Positions 1-9,477 of a stretch of DNA of 64,000 nucleotides are shown piece by piece (position 1 is the first letter of the stretch; each line of letters begins with the position of its first letter). The notes under the pieces are model-generated. The model saw nothing but the letters and a program-made list of their open reading frames with translations, did not search any database and was not told the origin of the DNA. Location: the IMG/VR virus record IMGVR_UViG_3300045988_123611; one strand, 5' to 3'. Made by a program: the position numbers and the translations under genes. This stretch comes from a virus.

Positions 1-68
1 TTTGGTACATCAATGTTTTAAAATTTGCTGTTAGCGTCTTTGTTATTCAAAAAGAAAGGAAAGATAAA

Positions 69-272
69 TTATGCGTTTGCGGGTTCCACATTCTTCGGTC
101 TGCGGAACTTTACATAACGCTCACCATCATATCGGGACATCCAAATGATTGTGCCATCCTTAAAATGGAAATCATAAGTAAAATCCTTATCCTGTTCATC
201 AACCTGATGGCAAAAGCCCTTACCGTACTTCTTAGAATAAACCTTATCGCCGGGCTTAAACTTAAACTTCAT
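69..272 (-). CDS. small hypothetical protein (67 aa)
   Basis: Complete ORF with an AAGGAG site 8 nt upstream of the ATG. No TAG. Near the tRNA array. Confidence 0.45.
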   Translation of the reverse strand: MKFKFKPGDKVYSKKYGKGFCHQVDEQDKDFTYDFHFKDGTIIWMSRYDGERYVKFRRPKNVEPANA

Positions 273-310
273 TTAGATATCTCCTTTTGGATTATTTTAA
301 TTTTACAAGA

Positions 311-384
311 CACAAATGAAATATTTGTTGGAATTGAACCAACTACAATTTGTTTAACAGACAAATACTCTACCAATGAGTTAA
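311..384 (-). tRNA. tRNA-Asn(GTT)-like, AT-rich, no encoded CCA
   Basis: Minus-strand cloverleaf. D arm ACTC/GAGT, anticodon loop CTGTTAA, T arm GTTGG-TTCAATT-CCAAC. Paralogous to the tRNA-Asn at 3523-3599. Confidence 0.4.
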
Positions 385-471
385 AATACTTTCAATAGAA
401 AATGATTGCTGTGTGTGTCTTTATTACTGTGATACCTCTTAAAAGAGGGCTTACGGCATTACGCCTAATAT

Positions 472-1262
472 TTATATGTTTTTCCATTCATCATCAGTGT
501 ATAAATTTATAATTTTTTTTGTATTAGGTAAATTATAAGAAATACACCATTTTCTAATGGAATTATCACTTACATGATATATATTCGCGATAGAAGTAAA
601 ACTTTTATTACGAATCAATTTTTTTAATTTATCACGAGAAGGTCTTTTAATTTTTCGATGTTCTTTAGCAGAACATTTCTAACATTTTTGACCTTTTCCG
701 CTCCACTCTCCACCACATATAGGACAAACTTTTTTTAAAAGTTTTTTCTCTTCTTCTGGTTTATTTTTATCAAAACGAGAATAATGTAAAGGATAATTTA
801 ATTTTTCATTAAACCAAGTTCTTCCAACATTTATATCTCTAATAGTATCTTTACTAACTTTATATTTTTTAGCTAATTCCGAATGATTAACTACACCTAA
901 CTTATCATTAATTAAAATATTTTGAATATCTTGGACTTCCTAATAATTTAATTTTTGATAAATTACGCGATAATCTCCACCTATTGTCTAATTATACTCT
1001 GGTTTATAATAATCAATCCAATAAGTTTCTCTACTATTTAGATTATCAATTTCACATTCTTCTAACACTTCAAATATAAAATTAGAAACACCATATTTTC
1101 TGAAACTTTGATATAAGGGATAATTATAGCTTTTACTCTTTTCATCTTGGGAGCTATATATATGATTTTCCCAACGTTCTGCTATATTTCTTGACTATCC
1201 AATATAACAATGATTATTTATTTTATTAGTAATTTTATAAATTCCTATCATATTACCATCTC
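472..1262 (-). CDS. GIY-YIG homing endonuclease with C-terminal zinc finger/HTH; four in-frame TAG codons
   Basis: Translation MIGIYKITNKINNHCYIG(tag)SRNIAERWENH gives the GIY-x9-YIG motif. The TAG falls exactly at the conserved Gln of YIGQS. CPICGG...C finger. AAGGAG RBS. It is an ORF only if TAG is sense. Confidence 0.75.
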
Positions 1263-1334
1263 CTTACACTATAATTAAAATTTTATTTAAGATAATTATA
1301 ATTTTTCGACCTCGAAAGTATTTAGGTGATGATA

Positions 1335-1407
1335 TGGTTGCGGTCGGGCGATTCGAACGCCGTTTTTGGCTTATGAGGCCAACGAGCTACCTTTGCTCCA
1401 CCACCGC
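1335..1407 (-). tRNA. tRNA-Met (CAT)
   Basis: Acceptor GCGGTGG, anticodon loop CTCATAA, T loop GGCGTTCGAATCGCC, 3' CCA encoded. Confidence 0.75.
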
Positions 1408-1409
1408 AA

Positions 1410-1485
1410 TGGTCGGTCAAATTAGAATCGAACTAATATCCCTTGTCTTATGAGAACAATGCTCTACCAGTTAAGCTATTGACCG
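1410..1485 (-). tRNA. tRNA with CAT anticodon (second Met/initiator or Ile2-lysidine type)
   Basis: Acceptor CGGTCAA, anticodon loop CTCATAA, T loop TTAGTTCGATTCTAA, CCA encoded. Confidence 0.7.
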
Positions 1486-1642
1486 AAAATAGGATAGATA
1501 TAATATTCATGACTATTATATCTATTGGACTTTCTAACCTATCGTCCCAAAATTCTTAATAGACCTCATCAAATGGCCAACTTTTGTAGAGGCTTTTGTG
1601 CGACCACCTGCGCACTTACATAGACATAAGAATAATGCCAAC

Positions 1643-1722
1643 GTATGGCGACCCCGACGGGTGCCGACCCCGCTATCTCCAGCGTGACAGGCTGGCGGCT
1701 CTGCTGACTGCCCCCAGGGCCA
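1643..1722 (-). ncRNA. GC-rich tRNA-like element, unresolved. Possible anticodon arm CCAGC-CTGTCAC-GCTGG (GTC, Asp) but non-canonical T arm.
   Basis: A 65% GC island inside the tRNA array with a good anticodon-arm hairpin. I could not fold a canonical acceptor/T arm by eye. Confidence 0.25.
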
Positions 1723-1724
1723 TA

Positions 1725-1801
1725 TGGTACTCCCAGCCGGATTCGAACCGGCGACTCCAACGTGAAAGGCTGGTGACTTAAGTCCGCTTGTCGATGGGAG
1801 C
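1725..1801 (-). tRNA. tRNA-Glu (TTC)
   Basis: Acceptor GCTCCCA/TGGGAGT, anticodon stem CCAGC/GTTGG, loop CTTTCAC, T loop GGTTCGAATCC, CCA. Confidence 0.7.
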
Positions 1802-1868
1802 ATATTAAATAGACTATAAAGCCGTTTATTAGGGCAAATAATATTTCAGTTCCTTACTAAAAGCGATA

Positions 1869-1946
1869 AAAGTAAGGTGGTGGCGCGAAGGGGATTCGAA
1901 CCCAACTATCGCGAGAGTGAGAATCTCGCATCCTAAACCGTTAGAC
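1869..1946 (-). tRNA. tRNA with anticodon CTC (Glu, GAG)
   Basis: T loop GGTTCGAATCC. Anticodon arm GCGAGA-TTCTCAC-TCTCGC with U33 and A37. CCA encoded. Acceptor has one mismatch. Confidence 0.55.
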
Positions 1947-1959
1947 GACCGCGTCATAT

Positions 1960-2216
1960 TTAAGCACATCTATCATAATCTTGATTTTTGTGCTTTTGTT
2001 TTCGCTTAAACGAGCCTTTACCTTTCTTCGCAGGAACTTTAAATCCTCTGCGCCGAAACAATTGAAGATACTCATTAAGCTCTTCCTTATTCTTTTTCAT
2101 ATAACTTTTATTCACGGTATTCATCCTCATCTTCATAAAGGGAAAGATCCTGATAAGCAGCATATTCATCACTCTGAATCTCGCAAGCATAGCTTTCATA
2201 GTAATCATTATACATA
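1960..2216 (-). CDS. small hypothetical protein(s). A 35-aa acidic ORF is favoured by RBS spacing, with an overlapping 82-aa alternative frame.
   Basis: Class-A early promoter and AAGAAAGGAAG RBS upstream. The frame is ambiguous. Confidence 0.3.
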
Positions 2217-2224
2217 ATTTAAAT

Positions 2225-2280
2225 CTTCCTTTCTTAACTTTCTATAAATATTATAACTTATTTTTTATAAAATGTCAAAA
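2225..2280 (-). promoter_or_regulatory. Class-A early promoter: TTGACA-N17-TATAAT plus conserved ATATAGAAAGTTAAGAAAGGA leader
   Basis: The reverse complement reads CTTTTGACATTTTATAAAAAATAAGTTATAATATTTATAGAAAGTTAAGAAAGGAA. The same module recurs upstream of about 20 minus-strand genes. Confidence 0.6.
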
Positions 2281-2394
2281 GATTAAAAGACCAACCAAAA
2301 GCGATATTTGTTAACGATGGTCGCCACTCCACCGCCGTCAATATTCACAAACACTTACCATTTTCACACTAACCTACTAATTAAAGGAGGTGAC

Positions 2395-2482
2395 TGGTGC
2401 TTCGAGAGAGACTTGAACTCTCACCATCCGTTCGGATAATCGGGTTTGAGCCGATCGCGTCTGCCAATTCCGCCATCAAAGC
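2395..2482 (-). tRNA. tRNA-Leu (CAA), class II with long variable arm
   Basis: 88 nt. Anticodon arm ATCGG-CTCAAAC-CCGAT, variable arm ATCCGAACGGATGG, T loop GAGAGTTCAAGTCTCTC, CCA. Confidence 0.7.
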
Positions 2483-2496
2483 ATAACTAAGAGGAT

Positions 2497-2625
2497 TTTT
2501 AAGAAGAATCCTCAAAACTTCTTTCTAATCATCTAATTGGATTTTTAAGAAGAACCCTCAAAACTTCTTTCTAATCTAACGGAAGTTTTAAGAAGATCTT
2601 CCAACTTCTTTCTAATCTTAATCGC
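2497..2625. repeat. Three tandem copies of a ~42-bp unit (TTTTAAGAAGAATCCTCAAAACTTCTTTCTAATC...), each with an internal AAGAAG/CTTCTT inverted repeat
   Basis: Direct inspection. Followed by the GC hairpin GGGCGGCCGTCCCTTCGCGGCG. Confidence 0.7.
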
Positions 2626-3029
2626 ACTTTAGGGCGGCCGTCCCTTCGCGGCGTCACGATTTGCATAATTTACTGTATTACCATTTTATTTTCCGAAAAA
2701 GGCTACAAACCAAAATGGGAGTTATTTAAGAATAACTTCTAGACTACGCTAACTGCTCAAATTTTCTCTTCTTAGTGGGAAAAACTTTCTTAGCGCTGAA
2801 ACCAAAATCACTATTAGCATTTTGTATATATTATCTTATTGTATATAAGTTTTATTAATATACCTTATCTATTATATCATTTAGTATATTGTATTAATGT
2901 TTAATTAATAAGATAATATTTCTGGCTGTTTTTATCACCAATCATATAATTGGTTATATTGGGCAATGCTCCCAAACTTGCGGTTTACTTAACCGCCGTG
3001 CTTACTCTTTACACCATATAACCATATAA

Positions 3030-3108
3030 TGGTGGACCTCGTGAGAATCGAACTCACCTGATTTTCTGTGTGCAAGACAGACGACCACGCCATGCAGTCC
3101 CGAAGCCC
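3030..3108 (-). tRNA. tRNA-Ala (TGC), tentative
   Basis: T arm GTGAG-TTCGATT-CTCAC. Anticodon arm TCTGT-CTTGCAC-ACAGA. Acceptor GGGCTTC/GAGGTCC has two G-U pairs. CCA encoded. Confidence 0.45.
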
Positions 3109-3195
3109 GAAATGCGACTTATTTATGTATAGATGGAGTCGCCAACCACCTGCGTTCAAAGTCCGCAAGCCTTCAACGCATTCCCAGGGAGGGAT

Positions 3196-3272
3196 TGGTG
3201 CTGGAGAAAGGACTCGAACCTTCAGATTAATGATCCTAAATCATTCGTCTATGCCAATTCGACTACACCAGC
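3196..3272 (-). tRNA. class-I tRNA with anticodon TAG (decodes CUA, Leu-type). G37 present.
   Basis: Acceptor GCTGGTG/CTCCAGC. Anticodon arm AATGA-TTTAGGA-TCATT. T loop GGTTCGAGTCC. CCA. Note it is not the CTA suppressor. Confidence 0.55.
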
Positions 3273-3284
3273 AAATAAAGAGTT

Positions 3285-3380
3285 TTATAACCCACATCGC
3301 GAAGATTCGAACTTCGTCAACCGTTAGGACTCGAACCAACTTTTACTCTTTTGGATTCCCAGAACCCATAGCCTTGATTA
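3285..3380 (-). ncRNA. tRNA-like element with two T-loop-like motifs (GTTCGAGTC and CGAAG-TTCGAAT-CTTCG). Possible long-arm or degenerate tRNA.
   Basis: Motifs seen by eye. A full cloverleaf was not resolved. Confidence 0.25.
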
Positions 3381-3522
3381 ATGTGAGTATAGCCACTACT
3401 TCACAATAAGTTTTACTTCGCTTTCTTATATTTAGTCGGGCGTTTTCCGCAAACCACATACTCTTTCGATCGGTGGTAGTTTAAACTTACAAAATCCGTG
3501 TTAACGCCCCAATGGCGGGAGA

Positions 3523-3599
3523 GATAGGATTCGAACCTATGACATCTTGTTTAACAGACAAGCGCTCTAACCAACTGAGCTACACTCCCATAAAAGAAG
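3523..3599 (-). tRNA. tRNA-Asn (GTT)
   Basis: Acceptor GGGAGTG, D arm GCTCAGTTGGTTAGAGC, anticodon arm CTTGT-CTGTTAA-ACAAG, T loop GGTTCGAATCC, CCA. Confidence 0.75.
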
Positions 3600-3699
3600 G
3601 ACTTTTTAAAATCCTTACTTTATATATTTATTATATTATATTTTTTTTAAAAAATCAACTTTTCTCTTTTACCCAAATTTTTTTATTTTCTTTTTTCTT

Positions 3700-3750
3700 T
3701 CTTCATTTTATATAAATATTATATAATATTTTTTATAAAATGTCAATAAG
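3700..3750 (-). promoter_or_regulatory. Class-A promoter facing the tRNA-Asn and tRNA array
   Basis: RC reads TTGACATTTTATAAAAAATATTATATAAT. Same consensus as 2225-2280. Confidence 0.5.
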
Positions 3751-3925
3751 GTCTTTGAATTGGCATTAAATCATCTTCTGAAAGAAGCCACTTTTCACCA
3801 TGCTCATCAAGGACTTCAATCTGATAATTTAATACTCGAATGACAGTACATTTAAGATACTGTCTACGATAACAACGACCACGATAAGGGACAAAACAAT
3901 AAGAATTACCAACTTCAATATTCAT
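3743..3925 (-). CDS. small hypothetical protein (60 aa)
   Basis: GAAAGGAGAAAATAAATAATG RBS. Class-A promoter at 3935-3990. Confidence 0.5.
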   Translation of the reverse strand: MNIEVGNSYCFVPYRGRCYRRQYLKCTVIRVLNYQIEVLDEHGEKWLLSEDDLMPIQRPY

Positions 3926-4081
3926 TATTTATTTTCTCCTTTCTCAACTTTCTATATATATTATATTATATATTTTTAATAAAATCAAAAAAGTTCTTTT
4001 TGTTTAAGTAGATTTAACAAATTTACCACAATTTTAGTCGAAATCAGGAACACCGCGTGAAGGTATTGTGGATAGTTCCCG

Positions 4082-4153
4082 CAGGCGCCGTAGGATTCGA
4101 ACCCACACCTCAAGATTTTGGAGATCCGAATGCGACCGTTACACCAGACGCCT
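4082..4153 (-). tRNA. tRNA-Trp (CCA), no encoded 3' CCA
   Basis: Acceptor AGGCGTC/GGCGCCT. Anticodon loop CTCCAAA with U33 and A37. T loop GGGTTCGAATCC. Confidence 0.5.
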
Positions 4154-4164
4154 ATAAAACAAGA

Positions 4165-4250
4165 CCTTAACTTTGTCCGGAAAATGGATTTGAACCATTA
4201 ACTTAATCTTAAATGATTATGACCTAACCTTTAGTCTATTCTGGAAGTTA
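4165..4250 (-). ncRNA. tRNA-like gene with atypical anticodon arm. Perfect stem TAATC/GATTA but a 6-nt loop ATTTAA.
   Basis: T arm AATGG-TTCAAAT-CCATT, D arm GACT...GGTC, acceptor TCCAGAA/TTCCGGA. Loop geometry is non-canonical. Confidence 0.3.
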
Positions 4251-4324
4251 TTTTTGCTGTAAAGGTCTTTCTTTATTTTATAAATATATTATATATTATT
4301 TTTTTAAAAATGTCAAAAAATTTT

Positions 4325-5641
4325 TTAATTCGTTATTAGTTTCCATGTAGTGTTATTTATTTTTACATATACTCTACTGTCAGGATGAGCCATATAATAA
4401 GTTAAGTATACTGAACCGGTAGTAGAAGAATTGCTATAAGGCTTAACATATATATAATAAGTAGTTCCAGCCGTAACTTTATAACAAATACCAAAATTAG
4501 CTCCAGTACCGCCATATTTTTTTGCATAATCATCATCGCTAGCTAAAATATTAGAAGAAGGCTATCCACTATCATTAAGAGAAGTAATACTTGATGTTAA
4601 ATAACCATAAGTGTCTATTGAAGAATTAGAATAAACAATAAAGTCCCCTGAAATAGTAGGAGTAAAAGAAAAATATCGACAAGTGCTTGGAGATAAAGTC
4701 CAAGAAGAGGTGTTCTATTTGTTATAAGTGGGAGCAGATATTGACACAGTAGAATAAGCCCAATTTGCTATAGACTAAATAGTAATTCTTATATAGCCAT
4801 TTCCACCATGACCTGTTTCAGATGACCCTGTTGGAGAAATAAATGAAGAATTACCTGCGATAGTTGATGCAGAAGTTAAATAATAGTTACTATTTAACAA
4901 ACAACCAGAAGGATAATTAGAAGCAGTGGATGAGGTATATACATAACCAGAACCTCCGCCACCATGATATTTTGTTCCACCCTGCATATTAGAGAGTGAA
5001 ACAATTCCACCATACCAGCCGCCTCCTCCAGCTCCATTTATATTATAAGAAGAACTGGATGAATATCCATTTCCTCCTACTCCAAAGCTATTTCCTGAAG
5101 TTTGTGTACTTAGACCTGGACTATTAGACCCTGCTACACTACTGGTGCCCCCACCGGCATCTCCGCTTTCTGTATTAGATCCCCAAGAGGTAGCTCCGCC
5201 TCCGCCGGCGACAATTACACGAGCGTAGAGAGAGTTTGATCCAATACGAATATCAGAAGCTCCTCCACCACCACCGCTTCGAGACATAGATCCGGAGACT
5301 CCTCCAGTACCGCCTCCATTAAATCCTCCTGTATAATCATTAGCAGAAGAAGAAATACAACCTCCTTTTCCACCAGTATATAAATATACCGTTTGAGAGG
5401 AAGAAAGAGTTAAAATTCCCGTTGAATATCCACCTTTTCCTCCTATAGCTCCCGAAGAAGCGTCAAAACTAGAGTTACTATTAGCACCATTTCCTCCCTA
5501 AGCCCCCCAACATTCTAATTTATAAGTACCTTTTGGAAGGGCAATATTTTTATAAGTTCCACTATAAGGACAATTTAATATATCTCCTGTTTTTAAAGAA
5601 GAAGAAGAAGGAATTGAAGAAGTTAAGTCGTAAGTTGCCAT
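4325..5641 (-). CDS. Gly-rich tail-fibre-like protein, copy 2. Four in-frame TAG codons.
   Basis: GGAGG RBS + ATG at 5641. Motifs KLECWGA(tag)GGNG, GGGGGASDIRIGSNSLYARVIVAGGGG and NYPSGCLLNSNYYLT are shared with copy 1. It is an ORF only if TAG is sense. Confidence 0.6.
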
Positions 5642-7035
5642 GTAGTTATTCCTCCTTTCCAAGTCGTATTATCTATTTTTGTGTATATCGCTTTAATGGG
5701 AGCATAAGTATTAGAATTGATTTTTACATTTAATGGTGATAATACAGTAATGCGAATATATCCCTACGTCCCTCCAGGATTAGTTCTATTATATCCCATT
5801 GTAGTAGAAGCATTTGTTAAATAATAGTTACTATTTAACAAACAACCAGAAGGATAATTAGAAGCGGTTGATGAAGTATATACATACCCAGAACCACCAC
5901 CATTATAAGTTCTATAATCAGCAGAGCTATCACTAACATTAGTAGAAGCACCACCACCATACCAGCCGCCACCACCACCACCGGGGCCATAATTATAATT
6001 AGTAGATCCACTAGCATCAGCACCTTGACCAAAAGATCCATTTGTTCCTGCTTTAGTCTATGTAGCCTTATATTCTTCAACCGCAGAGTTACCCGTCAAT
6101 CCGCCACCCTATTTAATAGAAGAATTACTTTCTCCCGCGCCACCACCACCACCACCGGCAACAATTACACGGGCATAAAGAGAGTCTTGACCTACGCGGA
6201 TATCGGAAGCTCCTCCGCCTCCTCCACCTGATGTGTAAGCAGAAGTATACCATCTAATCCTAGAGCTACCTCCTCCATTAAATCCACCATTAACTATCTT
6301 ACCTTTTTCACTATCACTTGAATAACTACCATGCCCCCCGGTGTATAAATAAATAGTGGTAGGAACTGGTAAAGAAAGAATTCCTATAGAATATCCTCCT
6401 GTTCCACCCCAATAACTATTTTTTGAACTCGCAGGAGTATAAGTAGTATTACTTTCCTATTTCTAAATCTAAAAATAAACTTCTTCATTATCCACGGAAT
6501 TTGAGCTATCTTTAGTATAAGTCATTACGATAGTAGATCCTGATGATAAAGAATAAGTGCCAGTAGTAGTAAGAGAACTTGATCCAGAAACCGCATTTAA
6601 AACTGTATTTCCTCCAACAGTTAAAGTGACTTTATCATAGCTTGCTTCAGTTTTATAATAATATGAAAATTTATAAGTCCCCCCAGAAGTACAAGTTAAT
6701 GTAGTTGTAGCAGTACTTGAATCTATTCCTCCGTTAGTAGCTATCCAGTCATTTCCGTCTTGACGAAAATAATAATTTGAATCATTAACAGTAAAATAAC
6801 TGGTCGCATTATGAGTTCCTATATATATCCATGAAGTTGTTGTTGATGAAGTTAAAGAACCAGAATAACCAATTCCGCCATAGCCACCCCAACATTCTAA
6901 TTGATAATTTCCCGCTGGAAGTTTTACTGGATTTACCGCTCCTGAATAGCTACTATTAATAATATCTCCTGGAATAAATTTAATAGAAGAATAATCTGTT
7001 ATAGAAGTTCCAGAAGGATTATAAGTATTTGGCAT
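5623..7035 (-). CDS. Gly-rich tail-fibre-like protein, copy 1. At least six in-frame TAG codons, three of them within 13 nt at 6457-6471.
   Basis: AGGAGG RBS + ATG at 7035. Motifs LPAGNYQLECWGGYGG and GGGGGASDIRVGQDSLYARVIVAGGGG. Overlaps copy 2 by 19 nt. Confidence 0.6.
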
Positions 7036-7051
7036 TTAAATTCCTCCTCTA

Positions 7052-7606
7052 TTAAGTGAAATACTAAATCCAAATATCTCCAACATTTCCGTCTGAAGCG
7101 GTGGGAGCAGAAGTGGATACTTTAATATTTCTTAAAATATTATTGTTTAAATAAGAAGAATTAGTAGTGACAGATAAATTAGATCCCATAGAACCATTAG
7201 TAATCTAAGCTAAGTCTAATCCTGGATTAATGGGTAAAATATAATCACCACTGGATGACCCTAATTGTATCTATCCGATAAATGCTTCATCTTTATATAG
7301 AAAATTTGCTTCTACAGCAGTATTCTAATGCCAACATCCTAATCCATTATTAGAATGTTCTTTTTTAATATAATATTGAGTTAATTTTAATGCTCCTAAA
7401 TTATTTATATTTATTGTTATATTAGTAATTGGATTTGTCGCAACATTATTCATATTTGGAATAAGGCCAATAATCATTCCGTCTTTATATTCTTTAATAG
7501 ATTTTGCGGTTCCTATGTAAGTTAATCCATCAGTAGAAGTAATTGGAATAATTTCTAAACTACCACTTCCACTACGCATATGTTCTATTGCTTTTGGAAT
7601 TGCCAT
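7052..7606 (-). CDS. hypothetical late/structural protein with three in-frame TAG
   Basis: GGAGG RBS + ATG at 7606. ORF continues through TAG at 7325 to TAA at 7052. Confidence 0.5.
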
Positions 7607-7690
7607 TTAAATGACCTCCTTATAAATTTTATTATTTCTATAAAATTTAAAAATTTATAGGTAAGTCATTAATTTAATTTGGTTAAATAA

Positions 7691-7724
7691 AAAAAGAGTA
7701 ATGTCAAATGACATTACTCTTTAG
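7691..7724. terminator. Bidirectional rho-independent terminator
   Basis: AGAGTAATGTCA-AA-TGACATTACTCT hairpin flanked by A/T runs. Confidence 0.6.
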
Positions 7725-7725
7725 A

Positions 7726-8031
7726 TTAACTTAATCCCAATCTTGCCTTTAAATCGGCAATATTTTTCTTTTCATCTATAGTGATTTCAATTGGGGTTTC
7801 TCCGCCTGCAGTTGCCCCATCTTCAAAATTCAAAACATTTGAATCCGCGGTTGCACCTGCTTCACCGATCGGAGTCTTTGGGCACGTCATACTAATAGCA
7901 ATCTGAATTCGCTCACCATTTTCATTAGCCCAAAGATAATACTTTTTATCTCGCTCGCCGATCCAATCAGCGCCAAATACTTCCGCCATTTTCTTAGCGA
8001 TTTGTTCCTTAGCTACTGCACCTTTAGCCAT
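7726..8031 (-). CDS. hypothetical protein (101 aa)
   Basis: Complete ORF, no TAG. First gene of the non-recoded early block. Confidence 0.55.
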   Translation of the reverse strand: MAKGAVAKEQIAKKMAEVFGADWIGERDKKYYLWANENGERIQIAISMTCPKTPIGEAGATADSNVLNFEDGATAGGETPIEITIDEKKNIADLKARLGLS

Positions 8032-8043
8032 ATCTAATTCTCC

Positions 8044-9477
8044 TTAACTAAAATTATGTATAAAGTCTTTTAAAGACCTAAAATTATTAACTTTTTCTTC
8101 ACCAGCATCTCTAAAACACCAAGGACATAAATACATATCAGTCCCTTTATGATAGTGAATATCTTCTGTATAATATAAATTATTACAACATTCGCATCGT
8201 TTACAATAAGTATCCGCGCAACTATCGCAAACTAATTCATTCTCATCGCCCACAGAATTTGCTTCATCAAGAATTATACGAGAACCGCAACAAGCGCAAT
8301 AACCATAGTTATCGTCTTCGTTTACTCCATAACTGAATTCACAATCTCCGCATCGCATATATTCTCCACTTTCGATTATAGTTTTACCGCATTGTAAGCA
8401 GGGAACATCACCACCAATAGACCAATGAGGAAGATCAGTCTCTAATGGATAATAATACAATTTTAAACTGTAAATAGGTAAATAACAAGAGGAATAAAGC
8501 AAATCATTATATTGAAGAGTATGCTCGCCAATATCTCCAACAATATCACCAATAGGATATAAACGAGATAAAATAGGAATCCATGTTTCAGATAATCCAA
8601 TAATCTCTTCATTCCCAAAATGAGAACTACCCATCCTATTAGAAACAGTGTTAATACCTCCGTCTACCCAATCACGCAACTGAAAAGTCTTATCAAAAGT
8701 ATTGATAATATCTTTAATTTTAATTAAAGCATTAGTTGTCATAAAAGGATATTGGCGACCAGCCATCAAACCGCGTCGTTTATCTTCCATATAAAGAAGC
8801 ATACGCCATTTCTTAGAATTCCAAAGAACGTCTTCGGGGAAATGCGGAAGTTTCTGATTCTCCGCTCCGCGCAAATAGCAAATAAAAGTGCTTCTATCTA
8901 CCATGTAAGATAAATTTCCTGCTCTGTATTCACCATCAAGCGCATGACAAGAACGCCAATTATAAGTATTTTCACTCACGCTCAGAAAATCCAAAGGATG
9001 AACTGAGAAACATAATGTTCCCTCAATCTTGTCCTCTTGGATAATACGACTTGCGTAATTTTGAATATCTTCCAAAGAGCGCGGATTCTCTTCAAAATAC
9101 TTAAAAGCCTTAACTAATTTCATTCCTCTTGGAATCTTTTTATCCTTATAAAAATAAGTATCTATAACTGTATTATTAAAGAATCCTTCTTTATTTACTG
9201 AAATAAAATCTTTTAAGTCTTCATTATTATAAGTATAATTAATTGTTTCAAGAAACTCCTCAAGACGATGCTCTTTAGTTTTATCATCTAAAGAAAAAGA
9301 TACCTTTTCCGGCCATTCATAAATTAAATGACCGTGAAAAAATTTAATTAAGTCTTTTTTGGCTTCGAGGAATCTTTCGAATAGTTCTTCTGTTTTTGGA
9401 TTACTGATTCCTTGGGAGTAACTGATGACTTTGTTGAACTGTTCTCTAATGCTTTCGATGTCGAAGTCATATGACAT
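8044..9477 (-). CDS. large Cys-rich (multi-CxxC zinc-ribbon) protein, paralog of 11985-13589
   Basis: Shared core FSVHPLDFLSVSEN...WRSCHALDGEYRAGNLSYM versus LSVHPLDYITMSDN...WDSCMRWQNGGGEYRQGTVEM. C-terminal CxxC clusters. GGAGG RBS before MSYDF. Confidence 0.6.
   Translation of the reverse strand: MSYDFDIESIREQFNKVISYSQGISNPKTEELFERFLEAKKDLIKFFHGHLIYEWPEKVSFSLDDKTKEHRLEEFLETINYTYNNEDLKDFISVNKEGFFNNTVIDTYFYKDKKIPRGMKLVKAFKYFEENPRSLEDIQNYASRIIQEDKIEGTLCFSVHPLDFLSVSENTYNWRSCHALDGEYRAGNLSYMVDRSTFICYLRGAENQKLPHFPEDVLWNSKKWRMLLYMEDKRRGLMAGRQYPFMTTNALIKIKDIINTFDKTFQLRDWVDGGINTVSNRMGSSHFGNEEIIGLSETWIPILSRLYPIGDIVGDIGEHTLQYNDLLYSSCYLPIYSLKLYYYPLETDLPHWSIGGDVPCLQCGKTIIESGEYMRCGDCEFSYGVNEDDNYGYCACCGSRIILDEANSVGDENELVCDSCADTYCKRCECCNNLYYTEDIHYHKGTDMYLCPWCFRDAGEEKVNNFRSLKDFIHNFS

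Noticed and set aside
3196-3272. This tRNA as the amber suppressor
   Set aside because: The anticodon reads TAG (decodes CUA), not CTA. It cannot pair with UAG codons.
5835-6231. ORFs 5835-6080(-) and 6025-6231(+) in the track
   Set aside because: They are alternative frames of the Gly-rich tail-fibre gene (Gly codons give Val/Ala/Pro-rich junk in other frames).
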